Positions 1 to 11,497 are shown, counted from the stretch's first letter. The stretch is 64,000 nucleotides of DNA from an uncultured bacterium (GCA_963725235.1 CAVRXN010000002.1:94964-158963); one strand, 5' to 3'. Numbers and translations: made by a program. The notes: generated by a model not told the origin, from the letters alone.

Positions 1-1438
1 AAAATGCTTGACTTCGTGCCGGAAGAGCGGCTCGACGACGTTATCTATTTCGATCCGTCGAACATGGAGCATCCGTTCGCATTCAATCCGATGGAGCAGG
101 TTGGCACCGAGTTCCGCCATCTCGTCGCGTCAGGCATCATGAGCGTTTTCAAGAAAATCTGGATCGACGCCTGGTCGGCGCGCATGGAATATATTTTAAA
201 CAACACCTTGCTCGCGCTCCTCGAATATCCTGATTCGACATTGCTCGGCATTTTGCGGATGTTTTCCGACAAAGATTATCGCAAAAAGATTGTAGACGGC
301 TTGCAACGATCCGGTCATCAAGGGGTTTTGGCAAAAAGAGTTCGCGAATTACTCCCAGCGGCTCGAATCCGAAGCGCTTGCCGCGATCCAGAACAAAGTC
401 GGGCAGTTCGTTTCGAATCCTTTGATCCGCAATATTTTGGGCCAGCCGCGTTCAACTTTGAATATGCGGCAAATTATGGACCAGGGGAAAATTTTTATCG
501 TCAATCTGTCGAAAGGTAAAATGGGTGAGGATAATTCTACGCTACTCGGCGCCATGATCATCACGCGCTTGCAGCTCGCCGCGATGTCGCGCGTCGATGT
601 GCCGGAGGAAAAACGCCGCGACTTTTTCATGTACGTCGACGAGTTCCAAAATTTCGCGACCGGATCTTTTGCAAGCATCCTGTCCGAGGCGCGCAAGTAT
701 CATTTGTCATTAACCCTCGCGCACCAATATATCGGTCAGTTGGTCGCGACCGACGGCAGCACGAAAGTGCGCGACGCCGTGTTTGGCAACGTCGGCACGA
801 TCATCACATTCCGCGTCGGCGCCGAAGATGCCGAATTCCTCGAGAAAGAATTCGTGCCCGAGTTCGAACCCCAGGATCTCGTGAATCTCGCGAAGGCGAA
901 CATATACATCAAGTTGATGATTGACGGCGTGACCACCCGCCCGTTCTCCGCCGAAACGTTGCCGCCGCAGCATACGCCGTTGCAAACCCATCGGGATGTC
1001 ATCATCCAGAATTCCCAGCAGCGATACGGTACACCGCGGCGCGTTGTCGAAGAAAAGATTGCGAGTGAATGGCTGCAGCGTTCGGACACGGCCGTTGAAG
1101 AAAAGATCGAACGTCGCGGCGAGCGGCGGCTGGGGGACGTTTTGCGGCGCGATGGCGAACCGACGCGAGAGAGTCCGCCGCGTCAAAGCCCGCCGGCTTC
1201 ATATCAATCTTCATCGTCGCCCAAGGCGACAGCATCACCGCGTCCTGCATATAACAAGACGGTGTCCATACCGCCCGTATCTGTCCCATCGGCATCGATT
1301 CCGCCCGAGCAAGCGCCGTTGCCCGCTGCGCCACACAAAAAATTCGTTCCGCAAAAATCCAATGTCGATATCGAAGCCCTGCGCCGCGCCATTAACGAAT
1401 CATTAAAAAAGCAGCAGGATAATGGCGGCGGCCAATGA
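1..1438 (+). CDS. Type IV secretion/conjugative coupling ATPase (VirD4/TraG/TraD family), C-terminal portion; 5'-partial at window edge, one frameshift near nt ~300 (ORFs 4..519 and 422..1438)
   Basis: Frame 2 reads ...GFWQKEFANYSQRLESEALAAIQNKV...KIFIVNLSKGKMGEDNSTLLGAMIITRLQLAAMSR...FFMYVDEFQNFATGSFASILSEARKYHLSLTLAHQYIGQL..., the DEFQNF / TraG-D_C style C-terminal module of coupling proteins. The frame switch falls at a G4T4/A5 homopolymer stretch. P/S-rich tail. Confidence 0.6.
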
Positions 1439-2109
1439 AGCGGTTTCACATCATCACGATCTTCCCAGAAATATTCGATTCGTATCTCGGCGAATCGCTG
1501 TTTAAGCGCGCGCGCGCGAAGAAAATTGTTTCGGTAGCGACATACGACCTACGCGCTTTTTCGCGTGACCGGCATCAGAAAGTGGACGACCGGCCATTTG
1601 GCGGTGGGCCGGGAATGGTTTTTAAAGTGCAGCCGGTCTATGACGCCGTGGCGCATATTAAAAATAAATTAAAAAAATCAGGGGGCACACGAGCGGGCAG
1701 TCGCCGCCGCGTCCGTGTCATTCTCTTTTCGACCCGCGGCAAAAAGCTCGACGCGCCAGCCGCCCGCCGTTTATCAAAATACGACGACCTTATTTTTATC
1801 TGCGGGCGCTATGAAGGCGTCGATGAACGCGTGGCGCAGCATATAGCCGACGAGGAAATCTCGATTGGCGATTACATCTTATCGGGCGGCGAATTGCCGG
1901 CAATCGTGACGATCGAAGCGGTCAGTCGGTTCGTGTCCGGATTTCTCGGCAAGGAAGAATCGCTCGAGGAGATAAATGGATCATTTGAAACGTACACGCG
2001 GCCGGAGGTATTTATATCTAAAAAAGGCGCTAAAAAGTGGCCGGTGCCGAAAGTTTTACTATCGGGCGACCATAAAAAGATAGAGGAGTGGCGCCGGAAA
2101 ACACTTTAG
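1435..2109 (+). CDS. trmD: tRNA (guanine37-N1)-methyltransferase TrmD
   Basis: MKRFHIITIFPEIFDSYLGESLFKRA...DDRPFGGGPGMVFKV...RYEGVDERV; canonical TrmD SPOUT motifs; ATGA overlap with the upstream gene. Confidence 0.9.
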   Translation: MKRFHIITIFPEIFDSYLGESLFKRARAKKIVSVATYDLRAFSRDRHQKVDDRPFGGGPGMVFKVQPVYDAVAHIKNKLKKSGGTRAGSRRRVRVILFSTRGKKLDAPAARRLSKYDDLIFICGRYEGVDERVAQHIADEEISIGDYILSGGELPAIVTIEAVSRFVSGFLGKEESLEEINGSFETYTRPEVFISKKGAKKWPVPKVLLSGDHKKIEEWRRKTL

Positions 2110-2137
2110 AAAGATTTAATCTCGCTTTGGTATAGTG
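2105..2137 (+). promoter_or_regulatory. Conserved upstream motif TTTAGAAAGATTTAAT-TCG-N6-TATAGT (copy 1, directly upstream of the ComEC-like gene)
   Basis: 16/16-nt identity plus TCG and TATAGT blocks shared with 15580..15612, which lies upstream of abiEi. Confidence 0.35.
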
Positions 2138-2142
2138 GTTGC

Positions 2143-3555
2143 ATGACGAACCGAATTTTCATCGGCGACGTGATTGTTTATTTGGCATGCGGATTTCTGG
2201 CGGGCACGCTCGTCGCTGGTTTGGGCTGGAAATTGGGGGTTGTTGGTATCGCTGTAGTTTTGGCAGCCGCCACTCTTATCATCGCCACAAAAGAGAGCGC
2301 GCTGCGCCGCCACGGCGTAATCGCAGCGGTATTATCCGCCGCAACCATTGCCGGCTTCTTCTATTATTTCCTCATCACCAACACCCGCGCAGCCGCAGTC
2401 AATTTACCGATCGGGCAATCGCTTTCATTTTCGGCCATCATCTCCGACGAGCCGAAGGCCTCGACAAAATATCTCTTACTGCCAGCACAAGCGCAGAAAC
2501 CGCTCGCTGGCAGGCTGACCATCTTCGCACCGCTGACGAGCAAATATCAGTACGGTGACGAAATCGCGCTCGAAGGAAAAATCGAGCCCCCGGAAGAAGC
2601 AGGTGACACGCCGGCGGTTTTCCCGCAGAAGATAGCGCTTGTAGCCGAACATCGCGCGTCGCACCTGCGCGAGGCGCTAATCAATTTCAAAGCGGCGATT
2701 TTAAAAAAGTTCGACAAATTTTTATCAGGCGATGAAGCGGCGCTCGTCGTCGGAGAATTATTCGGCGGCAATGACGGAATGAGTACGACGCTGAAAGCAG
2801 CAATGTCCACATCGGGAACATCATACGTTCTATCGATGTATGGATATAAAATGTCGCTCGTCATAACGGTGATCGAGGCGGCACTCGCGACGTGGCTCGG
2901 GCGGCGAACGCGGTTCGCGCTGACAGGCAGCGCAATCCTGTTACTCGTCGCACTCTCCGGTGGAAATATTTCCGCCGTCCGCGCCGCGATTATGGCCGTC
3001 GCGGCATTGCTCGCAAAATTATCCGGCCGCGTTTTCGATCCGCGAAACACGCTTGTCCTCGTAGCCGCCGGCATGGCCCTCGTCGACCCAACACTTCCCG
3101 CGCAAGCCTCGTTCGAGCTGTCGGTTCTGAGTATCGCCGGTATCTTCTACCTCGTCACGCCGCTGCAAAACTTTTTCGGCTGGAGAAAAAATGATTCCAT
3201 CGTCAACTGGCGCGAAGCGATCATCATCGCGACCGCAACGCTCCTGCCAATCGTTCCCATTATCGCCGTTTCATTCGGCGACTTTTCGCTAACCGCATTC
3301 CCATCGAATGCATTAATCTCATTCGCAATCTTGCCAACGATGGTCCTCGGCATCGCGCTCGCAGTATTCGGTTTCGTCGCGCCGCCCGTCGCAGTCGTAG
3401 TCGCAAAAATCGGGCAGTTGATCCTTTTCTATCAACTCGCCGTCATAAAAATATTTGCCGCCATCGCAATCCCATTGCCGATCCCGCTGACAGTGCAGAT
3501 CTTTTTTGCCGTCTATTACGTCGCGTTAGTTTGGTTTATCCGCCAATATGGATAA
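2143..3555 (+). CDS. ComEC/Rec2-like competence channel protein (multi-pass membrane)
   Basis: 470-aa polytopic membrane protein; ...TSGTSYVLSMYGYKMSLV... resembles the ComEC competence-domain core (HLLAISGLH-like). Confidence 0.5.
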   Translation: MTNRIFIGDVIVYLACGFLAGTLVAGLGWKLGVVGIAVVLAAATLIIATKESALRRHGVIAAVLSAATIAGFFYYFLITNTRAAAVNLPIGQSLSFSAIISDEPKASTKYLLLPAQAQKPLAGRLTIFAPLTSKYQYGDEIALEGKIEPPEEAGDTPAVFPQKIALVAEHRASHLREALINFKAAILKKFDKFLSGDEAALVVGELFGGNDGMSTTLKAAMSTSGTSYVLSMYGYKMSLVITVIEAALATWLGRRTRFALTGSAILLLVALSGGNISAVRAAIMAVAALLAKLSGRVFDPRNTLVLVAAGMALVDPTLPAQASFELSVLSIAGIFYLVTPLQNFFGWRKNDSIVNWREAIIIATATLLPIVPIIAVSFGDFSLTAFPSNALISFAILPTMVLGIALAVFGFVAPPVAVVVAKIGQLILFYQLAVIKIFAAIAIPLPIPLTVQIFFAVYYVALVWFIRQYG

Positions 3556-3560
3556 CAAAA

Positions 3561-3590
3561 TAAAACGGGGCTCCCGGGAGCCCCATACTT
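3561..3590. terminator. Bidirectional Rho-independent terminator hairpin GGGGCTCCCGGGAGCCCC between the convergent ComEC-like and SemiSWEET genes
   Basis: Perfect GC stem flanked by A-run and T-run. Confidence 0.6.
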
Positions 3591-3846
3591 AATACTTTAG
3601 TTTCAGAATGAGCTGGGCTATGCTAATGACCAACGCAACTGCATTTGCCACGACCACCGGCTTCGCAGAACTCAAAAAGCCATAGGTGAGCCACAAAGAA
3701 CAGTTGGCGACGTAGAGGATAACGCTTGCCATCGATGCGTCGCCGACTTTTTTCGTGCGATAAAACTTGACGACTTGCGGCAGCATAAGGAATGTCCCAA
3801 TAACTGCTGCGATGTAGCCAACGGAATCTGTAAAAGTAATACCCAC
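3589..3846 (-). CDS. SemiSWEET / PQ-loop sugar transporter (3-TM half transporter)
   Basis: 85 aa, three hydrophobic helices, LPQ motif (FLMLPQVVKFYRTKKVGDASMASVILYVANCSLWLTYGF). Confidence 0.75.
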   Translation of the reverse strand: MGITFTDSVGYIAAVIGTFLMLPQVVKFYRTKKVGDASMASVILYVANCSLWLTYGFLSSAKPVVVANAVALVISIAQLILKLKY

Positions 3847-3988
3847 ATGCCCTCCCTATATCGCCGAAATAATAGCACGTCTTAATGAATTTGTCGACTA
3901 CCGAAAATTGACGAAAAATATTTTGCGATATACACTAGCCCTGCTCTTTCACACATAAGGTTGTAAATCTCACGAGAGGAGAAAGAAG

Positions 3989-4693
3989 ATGGCGATTGAA
4001 GGAATTGCGTTTGATTTAGAAGGAACAATGGTTAATGTCGAACCGGCGCATCATGGAGCATGGATTCGAGCAGCGGCGGAAATCGATGTTCACTTCAACG
4101 GCCCCGAAGATGCAATGGAACGGGTTCCAAACTTCAGCGGTGGACCCGAAGAGGTGGTTGTTCGGCAGATTTATGCGCTACGTTCTGACGGGCATGTTCC
4201 GTCCGAAGAAGAAGCGCGATGTTTCCATAAGCGGAAATGGGCCCATTACGAGGAGCTTTTGGAAGAGGCCGATCTTCAGCCACGACCCGGCTTTCTGGAC
4301 GTATACGAGAGGATTCTCTCGCTCGGATTGCCGATGACAATTGGTACGGCCGTCGAAATCGAACGGGCTCTCCCAATTTTCAGGCGTTCAGGCCTCGATA
4401 AACTTTTTCGGTTATCGGATATCGTCTTTAACGCCGACGTTAAGAATCGCAAGCCGGCGCCGGATTGTTTCATTGAGACGGCGCGCAGAATGGGAGTCCA
4501 CCCAAGCCAACAAATAGTTTTCGAGGACTCGCCGAACGGCGTGCGAGCCGGATGCGCTGCCGGTTCACGAACGATTGGAATGCCGGTTTACAAGACTGAA
4601 ACGACGATCAGCCGACTTTTTGAAGCTGGGGCTCGTCAGGTTTTCTTTAGTTGGGAAGAGGTTCCCATCGATCTGCTGATCGCCCAGATTTAA
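3989..4693 (+). CDS. HAD-IA family hydrolase (beta-phosphoglucomutase/phosphatase-like)
   Basis: FDLEGTMV (DxDGT motif I) ... KNRKPAPDCF ... VFEDSPNGVRAG (motifs III/IV). Confidence 0.75.
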   Translation: MAIEGIAFDLEGTMVNVEPAHHGAWIRAAAEIDVHFNGPEDAMERVPNFSGGPEEVVVRQIYALRSDGHVPSEEEARCFHKRKWAHYEELLEEADLQPRPGFLDVYERILSLGLPMTIGTAVEIERALPIFRRSGLDKLFRLSDIVFNADVKNRKPAPDCFIETARRMGVHPSQQIVFEDSPNGVRAGCAAGSRTIGMPVYKTETTISRLFEAGARQVFFSWEEVPIDLLIAQI

Positions 4694-4823
4694 TCAGGAG
4701 AAAGATTTTGCCTTAAGGAAGATTATGCGGCGCCACCGGTGCCGCATTTTTTTGACAAATATTCGCAAGAGGACTATGATGCAATTTCGCCGGAAGATAA
4801 AGATTTAATGTATTTTTAATCCA

Positions 4824-5342
4824 ATGCCCACCAAGGAAACCAAGAAAGTCATTCAGGCACCGATTGAATCGGTTATGCCACCGACCTTTTTCAACAGCTC
4901 CCTTGGCGCACGCCTGACCGCGCCGGAAGTCGTTCAGGAAATTATGAATTACATGGGCGCCGACCTGACGCGGCACTATAAAGTGACGATCGGCACGGAC
5001 TCGGAACTCCTGAGCAGCAAAAATGCCGACTTCGTAACGGCGATCGTCGTCCATCGGATTGGCAACGGCGGCCGCTATTTCTGGCGCCGCTTCGAGCTCG
5101 GCAAATTTCATACGCTGCGCGACCGCATGATCCAAGAAGCACTCATTTCGCTCGATATCGCAAAGGAAGTGCTGGACGAACTCAAGAAATTCCCATTGCC
5201 GGAATTCGAATTCGAGATCCACGCCGACATCGGCCCCAACGGCCCGACGAACGCGGTCATCCAAGAAGTCGTCGGCATGATCCGCGCGCATAATTTCGAA
5301 GTGCGAAGACAAAGCCGGACAGCTATGCAGCGTCAAATGTAG
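4824..5342 (+). CDS. YkuK/DUF458 family RNase H-like protein
   Basis: ...HYKVTIGTDSELLSSKNADFVTAIVVHRIGNGGRYF...; the GTDS core of the YkuK family. The overlapping minus-strand ORF 4713..5405 is judged a shadow ORF. Confidence 0.6.
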   Translation: MPTKETKKVIQAPIESVMPPTFFNSSLGARLTAPEVVQEIMNYMGADLTRHYKVTIGTDSELLSSKNADFVTAIVVHRIGNGGRYFWRRFELGKFHTLRDRMIQEALISLDIAKEVLDELKKFPLPEFEFEIHADIGPNGPTNAVIQEVVGMIRAHNFEVRRQSRTAMQRQM

Positions 5343-5374
5343 CCGACCGGCACGTATAATCATATTTTTAACAA

Positions 5375-5948
5375 ATGGACACCCTCGTCTTCGACATCGA
5401 AACACAAAACTTTTTCACCGACCCGGGCGTCGGCTGGGATAACTTTGCCGCATTAAAAATCTCCGTCGTCGGCGTCTATTCATATGCGCGCGATGAGTAT
5501 CTCGTTTTTGAAGAACATGAGATGGGCGAACTCGCTGAACTTTTCGATCAGGCAAATCGCATCATCGGTTTCAGCATGAACAGCTATGACGTTCCGGTTC
5601 TCAACCATTATTTCCAAAAAGTGGGCGGATGCCGAATATTTGGAACATGGAACGCATCGACCTGTTGCAGGAGATCGAGATGATCGCGCGACATGAAAGT
5701 CAGCTTGAGCCGGCTCGCGGAAGCGAATCTTGGCGTAAAAGAAAGATCGAAAAGGTTCCGAGGCGATTGCACTGTACCGCGATGGGAAGATGGATGAACT
5801 TAAAGAATATTGCCTAAAAGATGTCCGTCTGACGAAGGAGCTCTATGACCTTTCGCGCAAACAAAATTTTTTGATGGTGCCGGGCAAAAATACGGACGAG
5901 ACGCGTAAGATCCAGTTTGCGAACATCGCTCCAGCGGCGTTGCTATAA
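5375..5948 (+). CDS. RNase H-like 3'-5' exonuclease (YprB/PolB-exo-like), frameshifted (at least 2 shifts)
   Basis: MDTLVFDIETQNF...IIGFSMNSYDVPVLNHYFQK... continues in other frames (...ERIDLLQEIEMIARHE...KLSRLAEANLGVKKIEKGSEAIALYRDGKMDELKEYCLKDVRLTKELY...). One shift falls at an A5 run (ccaaaaag). Confidence 0.55.
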
Positions 5949-5955
5949 TAGAACC

Positions 5956-7092
5956 ATGAAGCGCATCTATCTCGACTACGCCGCCACGACGCCGGTCGAC
6001 CCGGCCGTCCTGCACGCGATGCAGCCATATTTTTCCACGAAATTTGGCAATCCAGGCTCGCTCCACTCATTTGGCCAGGAAGCGATCGGCGCAATTGACC
6101 AATCGCGTGAAACAATCGCACGCTCGATCGGCGCCGGATTCCGAGAAATAATTTTCACGGGATCCGCGACGGAAGCGAATAACCTGGCGCTGCGAGGAGC
6201 GGTTCGCGCAGGTGACGGCAATCGTCGCCCGCGTATCATCGTTTCCGCCATCGAACATGAGTCAGTTTTAGAAGCCGCCCGCGATCTGGAACGCGACGGT
6301 GTAGAGGTGATCTATCTTCCAGTTAATCGGAACGGTGCCGTCGGTCTCGCCGAGCTTAAAAAATCATTAAATGATCGAACAGCTTTGGTGTCGGTCATGT
6401 ATGCAAACAATGAGATCGGGTCGATTCAACCAATCGCGGAGATCGCAAAAATAATTCACGACCATTCGCCCAAAATAATTTTCCATACCGACGCGGTGCA
6501 GGCGTTCCAGTTTCTCGATTGCAATGTCCGCGGCCTCGGGGTGGATGTAATGACAATCTCATCCCATAAAATATACGGACCGAAGGGCGCAGGCGCATTA
6601 TACGTTCGAAAAGGCGTGAACATACAACCGATCACCGCAGGCGGCGGTCAGGAGTTCGGATTGCGTTCCGGTACGGAAAATGCTCCGGCGATTGTCGGCT
6701 TCGCGAAGGCCGTCGAACGTGCCGACGTCGCACGAAAAAAAGAATGCACGCGCGTCGCCGCCCTTCACCGTGAACTCTGGCGGGGGATAAAAAAAATCTA
6801 TCCGAAAACGGAAATAAATGGCGACGCAGCGTTGCCGAATATTCTGAATATTTATTTCCCCGGCCTCGCCGCACAGGATCTGTTAACAAGATTCGACCTT
6901 GCCGGCCTCGCTGTTTCATCCGGCTCGGCCTGTCGTTCGCGCGCGATGGAGTCGTCGTATGTTATCGAAGCGCTCGGTTATTCAAAAGAGCGCGCGAAGT
7001 CGAGCGTCCGCTTCAGTTTAGGTCGGCCAACGACAACGGGGGATATCAAGGGTGCCCTGAACCTTTTTTCCAAAATCATTGGAAGTGGATAA
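5956..7092 (+). CDS. iscS: Cysteine desulfurase (NifS/IscS, class V aminotransferase)
   Basis: MKRIYLDYAATTPVDPAVLHAMQPYF...GNPGSLHSFG...ISSHKIYGPKGAGALYVRKG; start taken at the internal MKRIYLDY. Confidence 0.9.
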   Translation: MKRIYLDYAATTPVDPAVLHAMQPYFSTKFGNPGSLHSFGQEAIGAIDQSRETIARSIGAGFREIIFTGSATEANNLALRGAVRAGDGNRRPRIIVSAIEHESVLEAARDLERDGVEVIYLPVNRNGAVGLAELKKSLNDRTALVSVMYANNEIGSIQPIAEIAKIIHDHSPKIIFHTDAVQAFQFLDCNVRGLGVDVMTISSHKIYGPKGAGALYVRKGVNIQPITAGGGQEFGLRSGTENAPAIVGFAKAVERADVARKKECTRVAALHRELWRGIKKIYPKTEINGDAALPNILNIYFPGLAAQDLLTRFDLAGLAVSSGSACRSRAMESSYVIEALGYSKERAKSSVRFSLGRPTTTGDIKGALNLFSKIIGSG

Positions 7093-7389
7093 TAATTTTA
7101 ACCATCCTTGGAGGAATGCTGGAATATCTGGGCTTTTTGGCTCAAAACCTTGCTGGTGCAAGCACTGCGTACAATTATGATCCGCTATATATCGTGTGGC
7201 AGACCAGTATGGCCGTGGGGCTGGCAGTAGCTCTACATTACGGCCGAGAAAATCTGCAGTTAAATTGTCTGTCAGCCCGTCAAATCCTAGCTCCGCCCAT
7301 TAGCAATCTCCCCCCGAGATTGACAATGGCAAGGCCTTGAACTAAAATTAAGGAAAAGTGAGTATAATATTAAATAAGCACTTAACCCA

Positions 7390-10055
7390 ATGCCAAACTT
7401 CCATCGTTTCACAATAAAAGCACAGGAGGCCTTGCAGAATGCGCAGGAGATCGCGGCAAAGAAGAATCACGGCGAACTGAAAGCGCTACATCTGCTCGCG
7501 GCGCTTATTGAAGACGAACAGTCGCTCGTCATTCCGGTTCTCGAGCGTTGCGGCGTCAATCTTAGAAAAGCTCGATGAGGAAATCGATGTCGAGCTCGAT
7601 CGCATCCCGCCGATAATGTCGCAACTCGAACGTCGGCCAGCTCTATCTTTCGCAGGAATTAATGAAGGTGCTCGACCAGGCGGCGAAAATCGCGGCTCAG
7701 CAAAAGGATGAGTTTGTTTCATGCGAACATTTATTGCTTGCGATCATCGATGTCCGGCGGAACCGCGAAATCGGTGCTCGAAAAGTTCGGCGTGCGACGC
7801 GAATCCGCATTCCGAGTTTTGGCGCAGCTTCGCGGCTCGACCCGCGTCATGGATGAAACGCCGGAATCGAAATTCCAGGTTCTTGAAAAATATGCGATCA
7901 ATCTGAGCGAGCGAGCAAAGAAGGGCGAACTCGATCCGGTCATCGGCCGCGAGGAAGAATTGCGCCGGCTGATGCAGGTGCTTTCACGCAGAACTAAGAA
8001 TAACCCATGCTTGATCGGCGAACCGGGCGTTGGAAAAACGGCGATCGTTGAAGGGCTTGCGCAAAGAATCGCTTCCGGCGACGTCCCGGAACTCTTGAAA
8101 GGAAAGCAGGTCTTGATGCTCGACCTCGGCTCGCTGATTGCCGGAACAAAGTTCCGCGGCGAGTTTGAAGACCGGTTGAAGGCCTTTATGCGCGAAGTAA
8201 AAAACGCCGCCGGCCAAATTATCTTATTCATTGACGAAATCCACACGATCGTCGGCGCAGGCGCTGCCGAGGGCGCTGTTGATGCGTCAAACCTATTAAA
8301 ACCCGCGCTCGCGCGCGGCGAACTGCACGCAATCGGCGCGACCACGATCCGCGAATACCAGAAATATATAGAGAAAGATGCAGCGCTCGAGCGCCGTTTC
8401 GCGCCGATTATGGTTGAAGAGCCAACAATCGAGGACTCGATCGCGATCCTGCGCGGCTTGAAAGAGAAATATGAAATCCATCATGGCATGCGCATCAGCG
8501 ATGAAGCGATCATCGAAGCGGTCAACTTGTCAGCGCGGTATATAACGGATAGATTTTTGCCGGACAAAGCCGTCGATTTGATCGATGAAGCCGCCGCAGC
8601 GCGTCGCCTCGAGTCCGAAAGCTTGCCGAAAGAGCTCGACCACATCCGCCGCGAGATCACCAAGCTTGAGATCGAAAAGCAGGCGCTTAACGAAAGAAGG
8701 TGAAAAAGGCAAAGAGCGGATCAAGGAGATCGACGTCGCCCTCGCAAAATTAAAAGAAGATAACGACGAAATCTCGGCCAAATGGCATTCGGAGAAGATA
8801 AAATTCGAGACGCTGCATCAGCTGCGGCAGAAAGTGGATAACCTGAAGCGTGAGGCAGAGATGGCGGAGCGGGAAGGTAATCTCGAACGCGTGGCGCAGA
8901 TTATCTATGGCGAACTGCCGCAGGCGGAAAAGGATTTCCAGATGTTTGAGAAGAAGAATTTTGGCGCGACCGCTACAACGCGATCGAAAAGGGCGAAAAC
9001 TGCCGGCGCGAATGTCTGCCGACGACCGTTTCCTGAAAGAAGCGGTCGACAAAGAAGATGTCGCCGCAGTCGTCGCCGTCTGGACCGGCATTCCGTTAAA
9101 GCGAATGCTCGAAACCGATACCGACAAGCTGATTCGGATCGAAGAAGTACTTCGCGGCCGCGTCATCGGCCAGGAAGAAGGCATCGGCGCGGTCGCATCG
9201 GCGCTCCGCCGCTCGCGTGCCGGCCTTTCCGATGAAAACCGCCCCATCGGCTCATTCATGTTCCTCGGACCAACCGGCGTCGGTAAAACCGAACTCGCAA
9301 AAGCGCTCGCCGAGTTTATGTTCAATGACGATAAAGCGCTCGTCCGGATCGATATGTCGGAATATATGGAGCGTCACGCCGTCAGCCGCTTGATCGGTTC
9401 GCCGCCGGGCTACGTGGGCCACGAAGAAGGCGGTCAGCTGACCGAAATTCTCCGCCACCGGCCATACAGTTTGATCCTATTCGACGAAATCGAAAAGGCA
9501 CATCCGGAAGTGTTTAACCTGCTCTTGCAGGTGCTCGACAACGGCCGCTTGACGGACAGCAAGGGGAAAACGGTCAACTTCAAGAACTCGATCATCATTA
9601 TGACGTCGAACGTCGGCAGTGAATATCTGAAGGCGATGTCACGCATCGGTTTCAGTGCGCCGAACGAAACGCCAGAAGAAGGGGATTATCGCGAGCGCGT
9701 ATTGGAAGCGCTCCGCCACAGCTTCCGCCCGGAATTCCTGAACCGCATCGATGAAGTCGTCATTTTCAACCCACTCCGCAAGCAGGACATCGAAAAAATC
9801 ATCGACATCCAACTCGACCTGATTAAGGCACGCCTCGAAGATCAGCATGGTATAAAGTTCGAAATCGACCCGGCCGCGCGCGCATATCTTGCAAAAGAAG
9901 GCTTTAGCGCAGAGTACGGCGCCCGTCCGTTGAAGCGAATGCTCCAAAAGGTTATCCTTGATAGGTTGGCGGATAAGATCATCCGCGGCGAAACCAAAGA
10001 TGGCGGCAAAGTTAAAGTCAATTTTAAGGCAAATTCACTGGTCTTTACTCCTTAG
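7390..10055 (+). CDS. clpB: ATP-dependent chaperone ClpB (Hsp100), frameshifted into at least 4 ORF pieces (7390..7578, 7508..7711, 7662..7856, 7708..8703, 8850..10055)
   Basis: Clp N domain ([19 protein letters not shown]), NBD1 ([20 protein letters not shown]), M-domain coiled coil, NBD2 ([17 protein letters not shown]...[10 protein letters not shown]). One frame break lies next to an A4 run. Confidence 0.85.
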
Positions 10056-10066
10056 GGCGGCGATTT

Positions 10067-10732
10067 TTGCGCTCGCTTGGTATTTCTTCCATGGCGGCTG
10101 GTTCTGGCTATTTCGCACTCGTCGCGCTCTATCTTTACTTCGTCCCGCCATTTCAAGCGGGCCGTTTGCTGTGGCCGTTCATTGCCCTCCTTATCCTGAC
10201 ATTCGCCGAACCGACGAACCCGCTATTTATCCTCATCTTCGCCATCCTCTTTTATTATCTCCTCCTAATCAAGGATCTCTTGTTGATAGACCGTAAGTCC
10301 GCCTACGAAATTCTCATCTTCGCCCTGTCGTTTTTCCTGCTGCGTGATTTTTACCGGGTCTTCGGCAGCGGCGTAAGCGGTTGGGGGATATGGTACGCAT
10401 TTCTACTCGCGGCACTCCTCGGCATTATAGCTTCCCGGTTCATGAAAGCATTCTCTATAAATGACCCGGCCGGCAGCTCCCCACATCCGCTTCGCCGAAT
10501 CATCTCCTGGCTAACATTCCTGCTTTCCTGGCAATTCCTCGTTCTTGGCCTCTTTATCCCGCTCGACTTCATTTACCAAACAGCGATCGTCTTTCTCGTG
10601 CTCGCCCTCGTAATCGATTTTGTTCCCGGCCAATACCTCGGGGACATCAGCCGCTCGAAAGCGCTCGCAACAGGCATAACCGTTTTTAGTATTTTAGTGA
10701 TTATTTTAGCCTCGGCTCGTTGGGGGCTATAA
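10067..10732 (+). CDS. Hypothetical polytopic membrane protein
   Basis: 221 aa, about 6 hydrophobic segments; no recognisable family. Confidence 0.4.
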   Translation: MRSLGISSMAAGSGYFALVALYLYFVPPFQAGRLLWPFIALLILTFAEPTNPLFILIFAILFYYLLLIKDLLLIDRKSAYEILIFALSFFLLRDFYRVFGSGVSGWGIWYAFLLAALLGIIASRFMKAFSINDPAGSSPHPLRRIISWLTFLLSWQFLVLGLFIPLDFIYQTAIVFLVLALVIDFVPGQYLGDISRSKALATGITVFSILVIILASARWGL

Positions 10733-10762
10733 ATATATTGCCGGTTTGACTTTGCCGCTTTA

Positions 10763-11497
10763 TTGCCGTATACTCCCGGCATGTTAGAAAGCGGCAAAAA
10801 CGAAGCGATTTTCAAAAAATCTTACGAGATTTCATACGCCTTGTGGCGTATCGCGGCAAATGTCCGTGAGTCAAATTTTGCCGATACTTTGAGAGGCAAA
10901 GCAGGCGCTTTGATCGGATTTTCCGCCGATGGCAATTTAGCGGCAATCGGCAAATTGATCCCGGCAACAGAACTGCTGATAAAGTTTGGCGTCGATGTAG
11001 GCGCCATAGGAATCGGCAACGGCGAGACGATATTCAAAGAAATCGGCAATTTGAAAGCGGCAATCCAAGAAGCGGCAATTGCCGGAAGCGAATCAGGAAC
11101 CGGCAAAGAAAGCGGCAATGGTAACAACGAAGTTTATCTCGGCGATATTTTTGCCGATTCAGTTGCCGATTTTGGAAAACAAGAACAGCAACACGAAGGC
11201 GCCGAAGATCCAGTTCGGCTTGATACATTCCTCGAAAACAATGCTATAAGTTCCGAACGAGAATACGATCCGGCAATTAACCAAAAAGCGGAAATGCGGC
11301 AAGCGGCAATTCTGGAAAGGATCCGGCAAATCGGCAATTGCCGGTTAGGGGATATCCAAGCGATTTTGCCGGAAACAAGCGAGCGGACGATTCGCTACGA
11401 TCTCGAGGCGCTGGTCCAAAAAGGTTTGGTCGAGCGCCTCGGGACCGGGGGACGGTCGGTCTATTATAGAGCGGCCGGCGGGAGTAATCCCCAGTAA
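10763..11497 (+). CDS. Four-helix-bundle (Avd / 23S-rRNA-IVS-like) domain fused to a C-terminal DeoR-type winged-HTH regulator; coding DNA saturated with the hexamer CGGCAA/TTGCCG
   Basis: N-terminus AIFKKSYEISYALWRIAANVRE...LRGKAGALIGFSADGNLAAIGKL resembles the Avd gene at 54998..55345. C-terminus ILERIRQIGNCRLGDIQAILPETSERTIRYDLEALVQKGLVERLG is a HTH_DeoR-like motif. Confidence 0.55.
   Translation: MPYTPGMLESGKNEAIFKKSYEISYALWRIAANVRESNFADTLRGKAGALIGFSADGNLAAIGKLIPATELLIKFGVDVGAIGIGNGETIFKEIGNLKAAIQEAAIAGSESGTGKESGNGNNEVYLGDIFADSVADFGKQEQQHEGAEDPVRLDTFLENNAISSEREYDPAINQKAEMRQAAILERIRQIGNCRLGDIQAILPETSERTIRYDLEALVQKGLVERLGTGGRSVYYRAAGGSNPQ

Noticed and set aside
4713-5405. 230-aa minus-strand ORF overlapping the YkuK-like gene
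   Set aside because: Shadow ORF in GC-rich DNA. The plus-strand frame carries the conserved GTDS YkuK motif.
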